From positions 1 to 27,257 of the IMG/VR virus record IMGVR_UViG_3300037706_000044: a stretch of DNA of 27,257 nt. One strand, given 5' to 3'. Under the pieces are notes generated by a model. That model was not told where the DNA came from. It searched no databases and saw only the letters and a program-made list of their open reading frames with translations. A program made the translations under genes and the position numbers. Source of the stretch: a virus. Lineage: Duplodnaviria > Caudoviricetes. Positions 7,019 through 14,785 of the stretch are shown here, in pieces (the first letter of the stretch is position 1; every line of letters starts with the position of its first letter).

Positions 7019-7692
7019 CCTCGACCCGCGGCCGTTACGCCGCCGCCCGTAACCCGCTGCCGCGCCGCCTGCTGGCCGTCACCGCCGCGCTGGTATTCCT
7101 GGCCGCGCTCGGGCTGGCTGGGGCGCAGGCGGCCCGCGCCGCCGATTACGTGTCCGACCCGTACTACTGGGGCAAGCGGTTCGTCGGCACTCTGATCTGT
7201 GTCGACGATCGCACCAGCTTGAGCATTCAGGCGAACGTGCTGGACAGCGTGCGGGACTACCAGCGCAACACCGACCTGCGCATGTTCTACCAGCGCGGCC
7301 CCGGTGCATGTGATTCGTTCGACGCCGAGATCGTCATCTACTCGCGGAACCTCGGCAAGACCAGTTGGGGTGCGCGGGAAGAGACGGCGCAATGCTCGGA
7401 GACCCGAACACGGCAGTGCTATGAATGGGGCCAGACCGAGAACGGCAATTGGACGTTCGTTCACCGCGACTACATCGTGGTGATGTTGAACACGTACTAC
7501 CGCGGCATCGGTTCGGGTCATGTGATCCGGCACGAGATCGGGCACGCGGTCGGGTTGGGTGGTCCGGACAATGGGCACCGCATCGACACGTGTAAGTCGG
7601 TGATGTCGTCGCGGGACTGCTGGTCGGGCGGGTTCCTGTCCGGCGGGTGGAACGGCGACATCGGCGTGGTCAACCGGATCTACGCACAGTGA
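7015..7692 (+). CDS. Secreted metzincin-type zinc metalloprotease, 225 aa
   Basis: Signal peptide ending AQAARA; HEIGHAVGL zinc motif; SVMS Met-turn; ATGA overlap. Confidence 0.8.
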   Translation: MTSTRGRYAAARNPLPRRLLAVTAALVFLAALGLAGAQAARAADYVSDPYYWGKRFVGTLICVDDRTSLSIQANVLDSVRDYQRNTDLRMFYQRGPGACDSFDAEIVIYSRNLGKTSWGAREETAQCSETRTRQCYEWGQTENGNWTFVHRDYIVVMLNTYYRGIGSGHVIRHEIGHAVGLGGPDNGHRIDTCKSVMSSRDCWSGGFLSGGWNGDIGVVNRIYAQ

Positions 7693-7700
7693 GGAGCGCC

Positions 7701-7967
7701 ATGACCGACGACCGTGACCTTGTGACCCGGCTGCGGGAGTACCGCATGGATGTGGACTCCCCGGATGTGGTGGCCGAGGCGGCCGACGAGATCGAGCTAT
7801 TGCGGGCGTTAGTGGCGGCAGAAAAGCCAGCAAAGAAGCGCGCCGGTCTTGATCCGCTCGGCATTCTCAGTGATGAGCAGTACCAGCGGCTTCACGATGA
7901 TCTAGACAAGATGACTCGGCAGCGTCGTCGCGGCGCAGGCGAGGCGGCCAATTTATGGATCTCATAG
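7701..7967 (+). CDS. Hypothetical protein, 88 aa
   Basis: GAGGAG RBS; DLVTRLR...EAADEIELLRA motif common in phage small genes. Confidence 0.75.
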   Translation: MTDDRDLVTRLREYRMDVDSPDVVAEAADEIELLRALVAAEKPAKKRAGLDPLGILSDEQYQRLHDDLDKMTRQRRRGAGEAANLWIS

Positions 7968-8110
7968 ACAGCAATGCGCCCCAGCCCGGGGTGGCCGACG
8001 AGCTCGACCGGTTGCACGACCTGGTGGCGTTCCTGCGCGCGCTGGCGCCGTCGGTGCCGGTGGGCGAGGCGTTTCGCCAGTGGGACGAGCAGCAGGAGGT
8101 GGAGGCGTGA
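7955..8110 (+). CDS. Hypothetical protein, 51 aa (MDLIDSNAPQPGVADELDRL...)
   Basis: Translated by hand; fills the gap and its stop overlaps the next start. Confidence 0.5.
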   Translation: MDLIDSNAPQPGVADELDRLHDLVAFLRALAPSVPVGEAFRQWDEQQEVEA

Positions 8111-8325
8111 GTAGTCGGACCGGGTGGGGGCCGTCGATCGACCTGAATGGGCTGCGCGCCGAGTTCGTGCGGCTGCTTACCGAGGACGGGCCAACGACTG
8201 ATCGCCGCCGCCGCGAGTACAACCAGGCAATATTCATGCCAGACGGCCAGCCGGTCTGGTCCGAGACGACGCTCGACATGGTGATGGACAAGTTCGATCG
8301 TGCTGTGAAGCGCGTCCAGACATAG
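8107..8325 (+). CDS. Hypothetical protein, 72 aa
   Basis: GGAGG RBS, GTGA overlap. Confidence 0.65.
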   Translation: MSSRTGWGPSIDLNGLRAEFVRLLTEDGPTTDRRRREYNQAIFMPDGQPVWSETTLDMVMDKFDRAVKRVQT

Positions 8326-8331
8326 CAACGC

Positions 8332-8364
8332 GCCCCGCCGTCGCGTGAACGACGGCGGGGCTTT
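8332..8364 (+). terminator. Putative intrinsic terminator
   Basis: 12 bp stem GCCCCGCCGTCG/CGACGGCGGGGC, 6 nt loop, short T tail, just after a stop codon. Confidence 0.6.
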
Positions 8365-8386
8365 ACGGCCACACACTGAAGGGAGC

Positions 8387-8626
8387 ATGGCCGTGGATGA
8401 GAGGTTACTGCCGCCGACGGCGCACACGCTAGCGGCGAGGATCGAGGATCAGTTGCGGGTGTGGAACACCCGCGACCCGGCACGGCCGCGGTTCGAGACG
8501 CGCCGCGCCAACGAGCGGGCCTGTCGGCTGCTCGGTGACCTTATCGTGGTGCTGCAGCGGTTCCGGGACGAGTTGACCCGCGAGCTCGGCGAGTACGACG
8601 ACGCGAGACGGAGGCTGGCACGGTGA
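8387..8626 (+). CDS. Hypothetical protein, 79 aa
   Basis: AAGGGAG RBS; amphipathic helices. Confidence 0.65.
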   Translation: MAVDERLLPPTAHTLAARIEDQLRVWNTRDPARPRFETRRANERACRLLGDLIVVLQRFRDELTRELGEYDDARRRLAR

Positions 8627-8847
8627 CTGACGTGGACCCTGATGAGCGTGGCTTCGTTGCTGGTGAGCCTGCGGCGATGTCCAGGGTGTTGTTCATGGTT
8701 CGGGAGAGCCTGGACATGTGGCGCGATGTTGTCGAGATCAGGACCGGTCAGCGGGACGATCACGCTCGGCGGCTTATCGCCCTGATCGACGCGTATCGGT
8801 CGAGCCGCGGTTGGAGTCCGCACGGATTCGGGGGAGAGCATGACTGA
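8623..8847 (+). CDS. Hypothetical protein, 74 aa
   Basis: GGAGG RBS, GTGA overlap. Confidence 0.7.
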   Translation: MTDVDPDERGFVAGEPAAMSRVLFMVRESLDMWRDVVEIRTGQRDDHARRLIALIDAYRSSRGWSPHGFGGEHD

Positions 8848-9220
8848 CCTGGTGGAGTTCTTGCGCGCCGCGCTGGACGAGGACGAGCGGGTGGCGCGGG
8901 TGGCCACGCCTGGGCCGTGGCGATTGGATGCAGGTCTCCGACTGCCCGAGCAGATTGATGTGGTGTCAGTGGACTACTTCACGGTTTGCGAAGACCTCGA
9001 GGACACTGATGCCGCCCACATCGCCCGCCATGACCCGGCGCGGGTGCTGGCCGAGGTGGCGGCGAAGCGCAAGCTATTGGACGAGTATGAAGCAGCGTCA
9101 CGTGATCCGGACACCGATCCCGAGGTGCTGGGGTACGCCGCAGGTCTTGACGTGGCGGTGCAGCACGTCTCGCAGGGGTTCGCCGGGCGGCCGGGATGGC
9201 GGGAGGAATGGCGCGCCTAG
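8840..9220 (+). CDS. DUF6221-like actinophage protein
   Basis: LVEFLRAALDEDE...HIARHDPARVLAEVAAKRKLL...WREEWR signature. Confidence 0.85.
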   Translation: MTDLVEFLRAALDEDERVARVATPGPWRLDAGLRLPEQIDVVSVDYFTVCEDLEDTDAAHIARHDPARVLAEVAAKRKLLDEYEAASRDPDTDPEVLGYAAGLDVAVQHVSQGFAGRPGWREEWRA

Positions 9221-9232
9221 ACAGCACAAACC

Positions 9233-9277
9233 GGCCCCGGCGGCGTCACTTAGGTGACGTGGCCGGGGCCTTGTTGT
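9233..9277. terminator. Probable bidirectional terminator between the convergent accessory and late operons
   Basis: Long hairpin GGCCCCGGC-G-GCGTCAC / GTGACGT-G-GCCGGGGCC with an A-rich left flank and T-rich right flank. Confidence 0.75.
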
Positions 9278-9280
9278 CGG

Positions 9281-9466
9281 CTACTTGCACTCGGGGCGGT
9301 CGCTGGTCTGGCCAGGCGGGTGGCACTGCGCACCCTGGTCCTGCGGTGCGTTGTTGCCCTGCCCGTTGCCCGCGCAGGGCCCGAACGATGGGTCGGCGGC
9401 GGCGACGGTTGCGCCGGAGCCGAACACGATGAGGCTGAGCGCGGCGGCGGCGATGAGGCGCTTCAT
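9281..9466 (-). CDS. Small secreted peptide, 61 aa precursor
   Basis: GGGGGGAGG RBS; Sec signal MKRLIAAAALSLIVFGSGATVAAA; mature part with 3 Cys. Confidence 0.75.
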   Translation of the reverse strand: MKRLIAAAALSLIVFGSGATVAAADPSFGPCAGNGQGNNAPQDQGAQCHPPGQTSDRPECK

Positions 9467-9572
9467 GGTTTCACCTCCCCCCGTCGAGAGAAGGGGTGGA
9501 CCGCCGCCCGGCTCTGAGGGGGCCCGAGCCGGGCGGCGCCCTTCATACCGCCGCCTGGGGGACCGGCGGCGT

Positions 9573-9911
9573 CTACGCGGGCGGCGCTGGGATCGCCGGC
9601 AGCACCTGCACTGAGCCGCGCAACGGGTCGCGGTCCTTGCTATCGCTGGTGCGCCGCGGGGTAAGGGTGAACCCGTACAGGCCGGGTGTCACGGCGTCCC
9701 ATTCGCCGACCGCCCATGTGACGGTCACATTGGGGTTGGTTGCTGCGCCGGTGATGCCGGAGGTCTTCTCGAGCACCCCGGCCGATGCGCTGCCGACACG
9801 CAGCGTCCACGTGAAGCCGGAGGAGAAGTCGAGGGTGGCGCCGCCGACGGTCCAATGGAACGTCCAGTCGGGGAGTTCGGAGCCGACGGTGACCTCGAAC
9901 CGGATGCTCAC
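9573..9911 (-). CDS. Putative virion protein, all-beta (BppU N-terminal/Ig-like)
   Basis: Alternating beta pattern, VTWAVGEWD...PGLY; GGAG RBS; GTGA overlap with the fibre-like gene. Confidence 0.6.
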   Translation of the reverse strand: MSIRFEVTVGSELPDWTFHWTVGGATLDFSSGFTWTLRVGSASAGVLEKTSGITGAATNPNVTVTWAVGEWDAVTPGLYGFTLTPRRTSDSKDRDPLRGSVQVLPAIPAPPA

Positions 9912-11353
9912 GGCTCCTCCTGGTGAACGATATGGCTGAACTGGTTGTAGGTGCCGTGCCGGGTTGTCTCGACGTAGGCGAAGTGCAGCGGGTTCGGGTC
10001 GGGGAACTCGCCGAGGATGAACCCCGTGGCGGCACCGGTGAACGTCAACGCCACCGCGCCCTGCCCGAACAGGACAGGCGCCCCGAGTGCTGCGCCGTTA
10101 AACGTGAGCGTCGTGACGGCTTGACCCAGCCTGACCCGGACCCCGGCGGCGACGCCGCTGAACGCCAACGCGGCCGCCGCGGTTCCGTGCACATCGGGGG
10201 TGCCGGACGCGGTGCCGGTGAATGTGTATGCGCCGAGCCCGGTGCCGGAGGTGACGCCGCCGACCTCGCCGGCCGCACTGCCGGTGAAAGTGAGGCTGAC
10301 GGTGGCCACGCCTTGAACGTCTGGAATGCCGGCGGCCGTGCCGGTGAATGTGTAATCCCCCGAGCCGGTCCCGGTGACGGCGGGCCCGGCGACTGTGCCG
10401 CTGGCGGAGCCGGTGAAACTCAGGCTCGCGGCGGCGGCACCTTGGACGTCCGGGATGCCGGCCGCGCTGCCGGTGAATGTGATCGTAGACGATCCGCTGC
10501 CCTGGACATCGGGCAGGCCGCTGGCTGCCCCCGAGAAGGCGTAGGAACCCGTCCCGGTGCCGGGAGTCCGGGGAGCCCCTGTGGCCGTCCCAGACCAGGC
10601 GAAGATGCCTTCTGCGGTGCCCGTGACAGTGGTCGCCGTCGAGCCGGAAGCGGAGCCGGTGAAAGTCAGGTCGCCGGCGGCTGTGCCGAATGTTTCCGGG
10701 ATGCCGCTGGCCGCGCCGGTGAAACTGTAGTCGCCGGTGCCTTGCCCCTCGACGGGGGTGGCCCCCTCGACAGCGGTGGCCCTCGGAGTAATGGCGTAGC
10801 TGTTCAGCCCGAGGATCTGGAAGTCGATCGTGTCGCCGTTGCTGACGTCGGCCCCGACGATCTGGAGCGAGAACTCCCACTCGGTGTAGTCGTTTCCTGC
10901 AAACGGCACGCTTGGTGCTAGTCCGTCTGTCACGCCGTATCCAATTACGAATGTGCCAGACCCTAGCAACGATGTTGTCGTGTCGTTGTTGGCGAATTGG
11001 CCGCTGTTGACGCCCTTCACGACCGCCGAGGTTGTGCTGATGCTCGTATACAAGCCGCCGTTGAGACTGAACTGTAGCTGTGCGTTCAGCCCAGCGCCGC
11101 CGCCTGCGTTCTCCACGACCACGATGCGCAGCCGGAAAGTCTCGTCAACAGGTTGCGACCAGTTGGTGTCGAGCGCATGATCCCACGTGTTGACGTTGAG
11201 GCCGACCGTGTCGCCTCTGGCGCGGAAGCGTGATTGCACATAGTTCGGGTTTGTATGACCGCCAGCGATCAGCCGGATCGGGCGGCCGTCCCTGCGGTAC
11301 CCGATTATCTCGCCGGGGCGCGCCTTTGCCGGATCAGTGACCGAGAGCGTCAT
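9908..11353 (-). CDS. Putative tail fibre/minor virion protein with Gly/Thr/Ser-rich tandem repeats
   Basis: N-terminal beta domain followed by 12 repeats of about 20 aa; flanked by fibre-type genes. Confidence 0.7.
   Translation of the reverse strand: MTLSVTDPAKARPGEIIGYRRDGRPIRLIAGGHTNPNYVQSRFRARGDTVGLNVNTWDHALDTNWSQPVDETFRLRIVVVENAGGGAGLNAQLQFSLNGGLYTSISTTSAVVKGVNSGQFANNDTTTSLLGSGTFVIGYGVTDGLAPSVPFAGNDYTEWEFSLQIVGADVSNGDTIDFQILGLNSYAITPRATAVEGATPVEGQGTGDYSFTGAASGIPETFGTAAGDLTFTGSASGSTATTVTGTAEGIFAWSGTATGAPRTPGTGTGSYAFSGAASGLPDVQGSGSSTITFTGSAAGIPDVQGAAAASLSFTGSASGTVAGPAVTGTGSGDYTFTGTAAGIPDVQGVATVSLTFTGSAAGEVGGVTSGTGLGAYTFTGTASGTPDVHGTAAAALAFSGVAAGVRVRLGQAVTTLTFNGAALGAPVLFGQGAVALTFTGAATGFILGEFPDPNPLHFAYVETTRHGTYNQFSHIVHQEEP
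10023..10747 (-). repeat. Twelve degenerate coding repeats of about 60 bp (G-x5-[YLIF]-x-F-[TS]-G-x-A-x-G-x-P-x-V)
   Basis: e.g. GTGSGDYTFTGTAAGIPDVQ, GSGSSTITFTGSAAGIPDVQ; boundaries approximate. Confidence 0.8.
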
Positions 11354-11657
11354 CGGCCGCCCGCCTCATGACCGCACGGAACTGCGCATTGGGTACGTTC
11401 CGACCGGCGAGGATCTTCTGCCAACCCGGCGCGGCGAGGTACTGCACGAGACCGGCCATGTCGCCGCACAGCCAATTCTCGGCCTCCCACCAGTACCAGT
11501 CGACAACGCGCGGGCCGTCGCCGTGCAGGATCTCCTTGCGTTTCAGCTGGTCGTCCCATTGGACGATGCACAGCACGCCCAGTCCGGGCACGTCCTGGGC
11601 CGGGCAGTCCTCATCGGAGAAGGTCGACCCGTCTTCGTAGTACACCCGCCATTGCAT
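11334..11657 (-). CDS. Hypothetical protein, 107 aa, Trp-rich
   Basis: Globular-looking sequence (WRVYYEDGSTFS); tiles the operon. Confidence 0.7.
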   Translation of the reverse strand: MQWRVYYEDGSTFSDEDCPAQDVPGLGVLCIVQWDDQLKRKEILHGDGPRVVDWYWWEAENWLCGDMAGLVQYLAAPGWQKILAGRNVPNAQFRAVMRRAADDALGH

Positions 11658-11667
11658 GGCGCGGCTA

Positions 11668-12060
11668 TCAGGCAGCGACGGAAAGCGTCAGGTCCAGATC
11701 CCCGATCGGGATGGTGAACTCGTCACCCGACGTGACCGCATTCGCCGTCATCAGACCGGAGCAGATGAACGTCCCCGCGCTCGACGCGGTGTGCGCCGAC
11801 CAGTGGGTGTAGTCCTCATTGGTGTCCACCTCGCCGGTCGTCCATGTGATCGCGGTGTCGTTGCTGATCGTGCCGCCGGACGCGGCGCCGAATGAGACCT
11901 GCTTGCGGGTGGCGTTGCCAGCGATCGCGGTCGCGCCGGCCGCGCCGGGGTCGGCGGTGTGCAGCTGAATCCAGAACGCGGTGGGCGCGGTGTAGTTCGT
12001 CGCGTTACCCAGCGCGTCAAGGATCTTCGCAGCCTCACCCGAGGCCAGTCCAACAGCCAT
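11668..12060 (-). CDS. Small tail fibre/minor tail protein
   Basis: IQLHTADPG...RKQVSFGAASGG...THWS...GDEFTIPIGDL pattern of a widespread ~130 aa phage fibre-associated family; AAGGAG RBS. Confidence 0.75.
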   Translation of the reverse strand: MAVGLASGEAAKILDALGNATNYTAPTAFWIQLHTADPGAAGATAIAGNATRKQVSFGAASGGTISNDTAITWTTGEVDTNEDYTHWSAHTASSAGTFICSGLMTANAVTSGDEFTIPIGDLDLTLSVAA

Positions 12061-12062
12061 AT

Positions 12063-12302
12063 CTAGTTCTCCTTCGTCGTCTCGGCCGACGTCAGGGAAG
12101 GCCCCGGCGTGGAAGTGATAGCATCCGAGCCGACCGAGGTGAGCACGGACAACAGCGTGGCCAGCCCGGCGATCGAGGCGCCCTTGACCCAGTCGACCTC
12201 GAGGATTCCGGTCGCGTCAGCGACGAGGAAGGCGGCGAACGCCTGGGCGAATGTCTTGACCGCCCGTTCGGCGGCAGCCTTCCAGAAAGCAGCGGTAAGC
12301 AT
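12063..12302 (-). CDS. Holin (r1t-like)
   Basis: FWKAAAERAVKTFAQ...VDW...SVLTS signature; AAGGGGG RBS. Confidence 0.9.
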   Translation of the reverse strand: MLTAAFWKAAAERAVKTFAQAFAAFLVADATGILEVDWVKGASIAGLATLLSVLTSVGSDAITSTPGPSLTSAETTKEN

Positions 12303-12315
12303 GGTGGTTCCCCCT

Positions 12316-12453
12316 TCATCTGTGCCAGGGACTGAAGTCCCAGGCGAAATGCAATGCCAGGAACGCGAGCCCCAGCAGGAACAGGTCGACCGCGTCGGCG
12401 CTGACACCAACGGCGGCCAGGAAGATGAGCACAGCGGCGATTACGGCGAACAT
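12316..12453 (-). CDS. Small two-TM membrane protein, 45 aa (MFAVIAAVLIFLAAVGVSADAVDLFLLGLAFLALHFAWDFSPWHR)
   Basis: Translated by hand; TGATG overlap; GAGGAG RBS; inside the lysis cassette. Confidence 0.7.
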   Translation of the reverse strand: MFAVIAAVLIFLAAVGVSADAVDLFLLGLAFLALHFAWDFSPWHR

Positions 12454-13157
12454 CACGGCTCCTCAGATGGTTCTTTGCACATGCTGGCGGGCATCGGGAA
12501 CTCGTCCGGCTCGCCCTCGGTGTAGGTGATGACCATGTGGCAGTCGCCGCCGTTGACGAACTCGATCGAGACGATGCCGCGACCGTCCGCGCCGTCGCTG
12601 CCGTCTACTCCAGCAGGCCCAGGCGGCCCTTGAGGGCCTTCAGGGCCGACGATGGACTCTCCGTCCACGCCAGATTCTCCAGCAGGCCCCTGAGGCCCGA
12701 CGATGGACTCGCCCGACTCACCCTGCGGCCCGCGACAGGCCTCGAATCCGAACTCCTCGCCACAGGACGGTCCAGGAATCCCGTCATCACCTTGACGACC
12801 TTGAATGCCGACGCCTGGCACTCCTTGCGGTCCCCGGCAGGCTTCCAGGCCGAGCTCTTCCACACATGAGGGACCACGTTCACCCATCGGGCCGGGGATC
12901 GTCTCGGCCGGCCGCTCCTCGATCCGCTCGGCCTGACGACACAGATCCCCGAGCTCGCGGGCTGTCTCATCACGCCGCTCGCAGGCGGCGCGGACCTGGG
13001 CGGCGATCGACGCGGCGTTGTCGGTGGCCAACTCCGCCGAACGTTGCGACGTGGAGCGGTCGTACAGAATCCACCCGACCAGCAGCAGCAGCAGGACGAG
13101 CAGAATGATCGTCAGCCGGTGGCCGCGGCTGGTGGGCAGTGGGTTACGTCTGATCAT
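12453..13157 (-). CDS. Membrane-anchored collagen-like protein
   Basis: N-terminal TM helix, helical linker, interrupted Gly-X-Y repeats. Confidence 0.85.
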   Translation of the reverse strand: MIRRNPLPTSRGHRLTIILLVLLLLLVGWILYDRSTSQRSAELATDNAASIAAQVRAACERRDETARELGDLCRQAERIEERPAETIPGPMGERGPSCVEELGLEACRGPQGVPGVGIQGRQGDDGIPGPSCGEEFGFEACRGPQGESGESIVGPQGPAGESGVDGESIVGPEGPQGPPGPAGVDGSDGADGRGIVSIEFVNGGDCHMVITYTEGEPDEFPMPASMCKEPSEEP

Positions 13158-13539
13158 CAGTACCGCCCTCTACAGCATCCCCACCGCCGTCGATCATGCG
13201 CCGGTAGCGGGCGGCGGCGTCTTCGGCGGCCCACCTAGCCTTACGTTCCTGCTCGACGTCCTCGCGCAGGTCGATGACCTCGGCACGCAGGACGCCTATC
13301 TGTGAGCGCAAGTCCTGGATCTGCGCGTCGTGACGAGCCGTGATCTCGCGGATATCGTCGGCGTGCTGCTCGCGCTCTTCCTTCATCTCATCGGCGTGCT
13401 GCTTACGAAGATCGCGTAAGACACTTTGGTAATCGCCACGGTCACCGGACGCCTGACGCATCAAATGCAGGACTAGGAAGACCAGCAGCCCGAAGAATCC
13501 CGCGCCGGGGATGAGGGTGGACCACTCTGGAAGCTCCAC
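13144..13539 (-). CDS. Membrane protein with coiled coil (lysis-cassette accessory, possible second holin component)
   Basis: One TM helix then a long coiled coil; GGGGGGAG RBS. Confidence 0.8.
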   Translation of the reverse strand: MELPEWSTLIPGAGFFGLLVFLVLHLMRQASGDRGDYQSVLRDLRKQHADEMKEEREQHADDIREITARHDAQIQDLRSQIGVLRAEVIDLREDVEQERKARWAAEDAAARYRRMIDGGGDAVEGGTDDQT

Positions 13540-13557
13540 GCATTTGCTCCCCCCCGC

Positions 13558-13770
13558 TCAGAGTCGCTCGTCGGTGCGAACCGTCTGCTCGGCCTTGCTC
13601 TCGGCAGGCGGTCGGGCTCCCCCCGAGCACGGCTCACCGTTCACGCGGTGCCGCTTCACCATGCCGGTGGCGAACGCCAGCATGTGCTCCCGCCCGCACA
13701 CCGCGCACACCCCGCGCTCAGGTGCCGCGCCGCGGATGGTGTGTAACGGACGGCGGCGGACGACGGCCAC
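13558..13770 (-). CDS. Small putative zinc-binding protein, 70 aa
   Basis: CAVCGR...KRH...PCSG motif. Confidence 0.65.
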   Translation of the reverse strand: MAVVRRRPLHTIRGAAPERGVCAVCGREHMLAFATGMVKRHRVNGEPCSGGARPPAESKAEQTVRTDERL

Positions 13771-13773
13771 GGC

Positions 13774-13941
13774 TCAATGCCGAGCTGAACGGCCAGGATC
13801 TGGCCGCGATGCCACAGGGATCTTCTTGCCATCGACTGTGACGTGTCGTGGGGCTGGCTTGTTTGTGATGCCGCTTTCACGTTCGAGTCGAGCGATGTCA
13901 GCCTGCAACTGCGCACGCTGCTGATCACTGTGCTTACTCAT
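13774..13941 (-). CDS. Hypothetical protein, 55 aa
   Basis: GGGGAAGG RBS before ATG 13941. Confidence 0.55.
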   Translation of the reverse strand: MSKHSDQQRAQLQADIARLERESGITNKPAPRHVTVDGKKIPVASRPDPGRSARH

Positions 13942-13957
13942 TAGCCTTCCCCATTCC

Positions 13958-14785
13958 TCACGGCGCCGGGTACACCGAGCGGACCTCGGCCAACGTGCCC
14001 TCGGCCTGTGGGAACCACTGCAACAACTGCGAGGACACCTCGGCGTCCTCGTCGAACGGCACACCCGCGGCCTTCAGCTGCGTGAACGCGGCGAAGTCCG
14101 CCACGTGACGCCGAGACGTGCCGGTCAGCAGCCAGATCCGGGTCGGGTCGGTGCCGGCCTGCTTAACAAGGATCATGTCGGTGGCCTTTCGGAGAAGTTC
14201 GAGCGGCGGGGGTGGGGGTGGCGGTGGGGGCTCGGTCGGAGGCCGTGTCAGCGCACCCGAGACTACGAGGGAGTTCATGTTGTCCCCGGCGCAGCCGGTT
14301 TGGGCGCCCGGTACGCGGCGGTGATGGGTGACACCGGTCGCGGTCGGCCAGCGCTTGAGCCACACATTGCGCCGGAAATGGCGGTAGGCGTCGACCATCT
14401 CGGGATGGATGGGCTCGGTGTTGCCGATGGTCCACAGGGTGGCGCCGCCGTGCCAGTTGGCCCGCGGATTCGTTGAACTGGCGTGGGCGGCCGGGACGCG
14501 GCCGATGCCGCGCAAGTCGACCACCACGGCGCCTTCGGTGGTCATGGACACGCACATTCCGTAACCGATGTCGGCCCAGCCGCGGGTGTTGACGTGGTAG
14601 TTGTACCAGCCACGCAGATTGTGCCGCAGATTCGACAAGGTCATGATCTCGAAGGCGCGGATGCGGCCCGGGTAGTGGCACACGTTGCCTAGGCGCCACA
14701 ACTCGTCGTCGACCAGATGGGCGCCGCCACGCTTCCAGTCATCGTCGGCCCACCACGAGCGAGGCAGATACGTCGGGGCAGTCAC
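13958..14785 (-). CDS. Endolysin, N-acetylmuramoyl-L-alanine amidase (Amidase_2/PGRP-like)
   Basis: CHY, YHVNTRGWADIGY, AHA, HHR...TGCAG zinc-amidase motifs; poly-Pro linker and C-terminal domain. Confidence 0.88.
   Translation of the reverse strand: MTAPTYLPRSWWADDDWKRGGAHLVDDELWRLGNVCHYPGRIRAFEIMTLSNLRHNLRGWYNYHVNTRGWADIGYGMCVSMTTEGAVVVDLRGIGRVPAAHASSTNPRANWHGGATLWTIGNTEPIHPEMVDAYRHFRRNVWLKRWPTATGVTHHRRVPGAQTGCAGDNMNSLVVSGALTRPPTEPPPPPPPPPLELLRKATDMILVKQAGTDPTRIWLLTGTSRRHVADFAAFTQLKAAGVPFDEDAEVSSQLLQWFPQAEGTLAEVRSVYPAP

Noticed and set aside
10023-10747. Tandem repeats as a CRISPR array or diversity-generating retroelement repeat
   Set aside because: In-frame degenerate protein repeats, no repeat-spacer pattern, no cas or reverse transcriptase gene in the window
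12303-12410. Upstream extension of the holin ORF
   Set aside because: Overlaps a better 45 aa membrane ORF; ATG 12302 has a strong RBS
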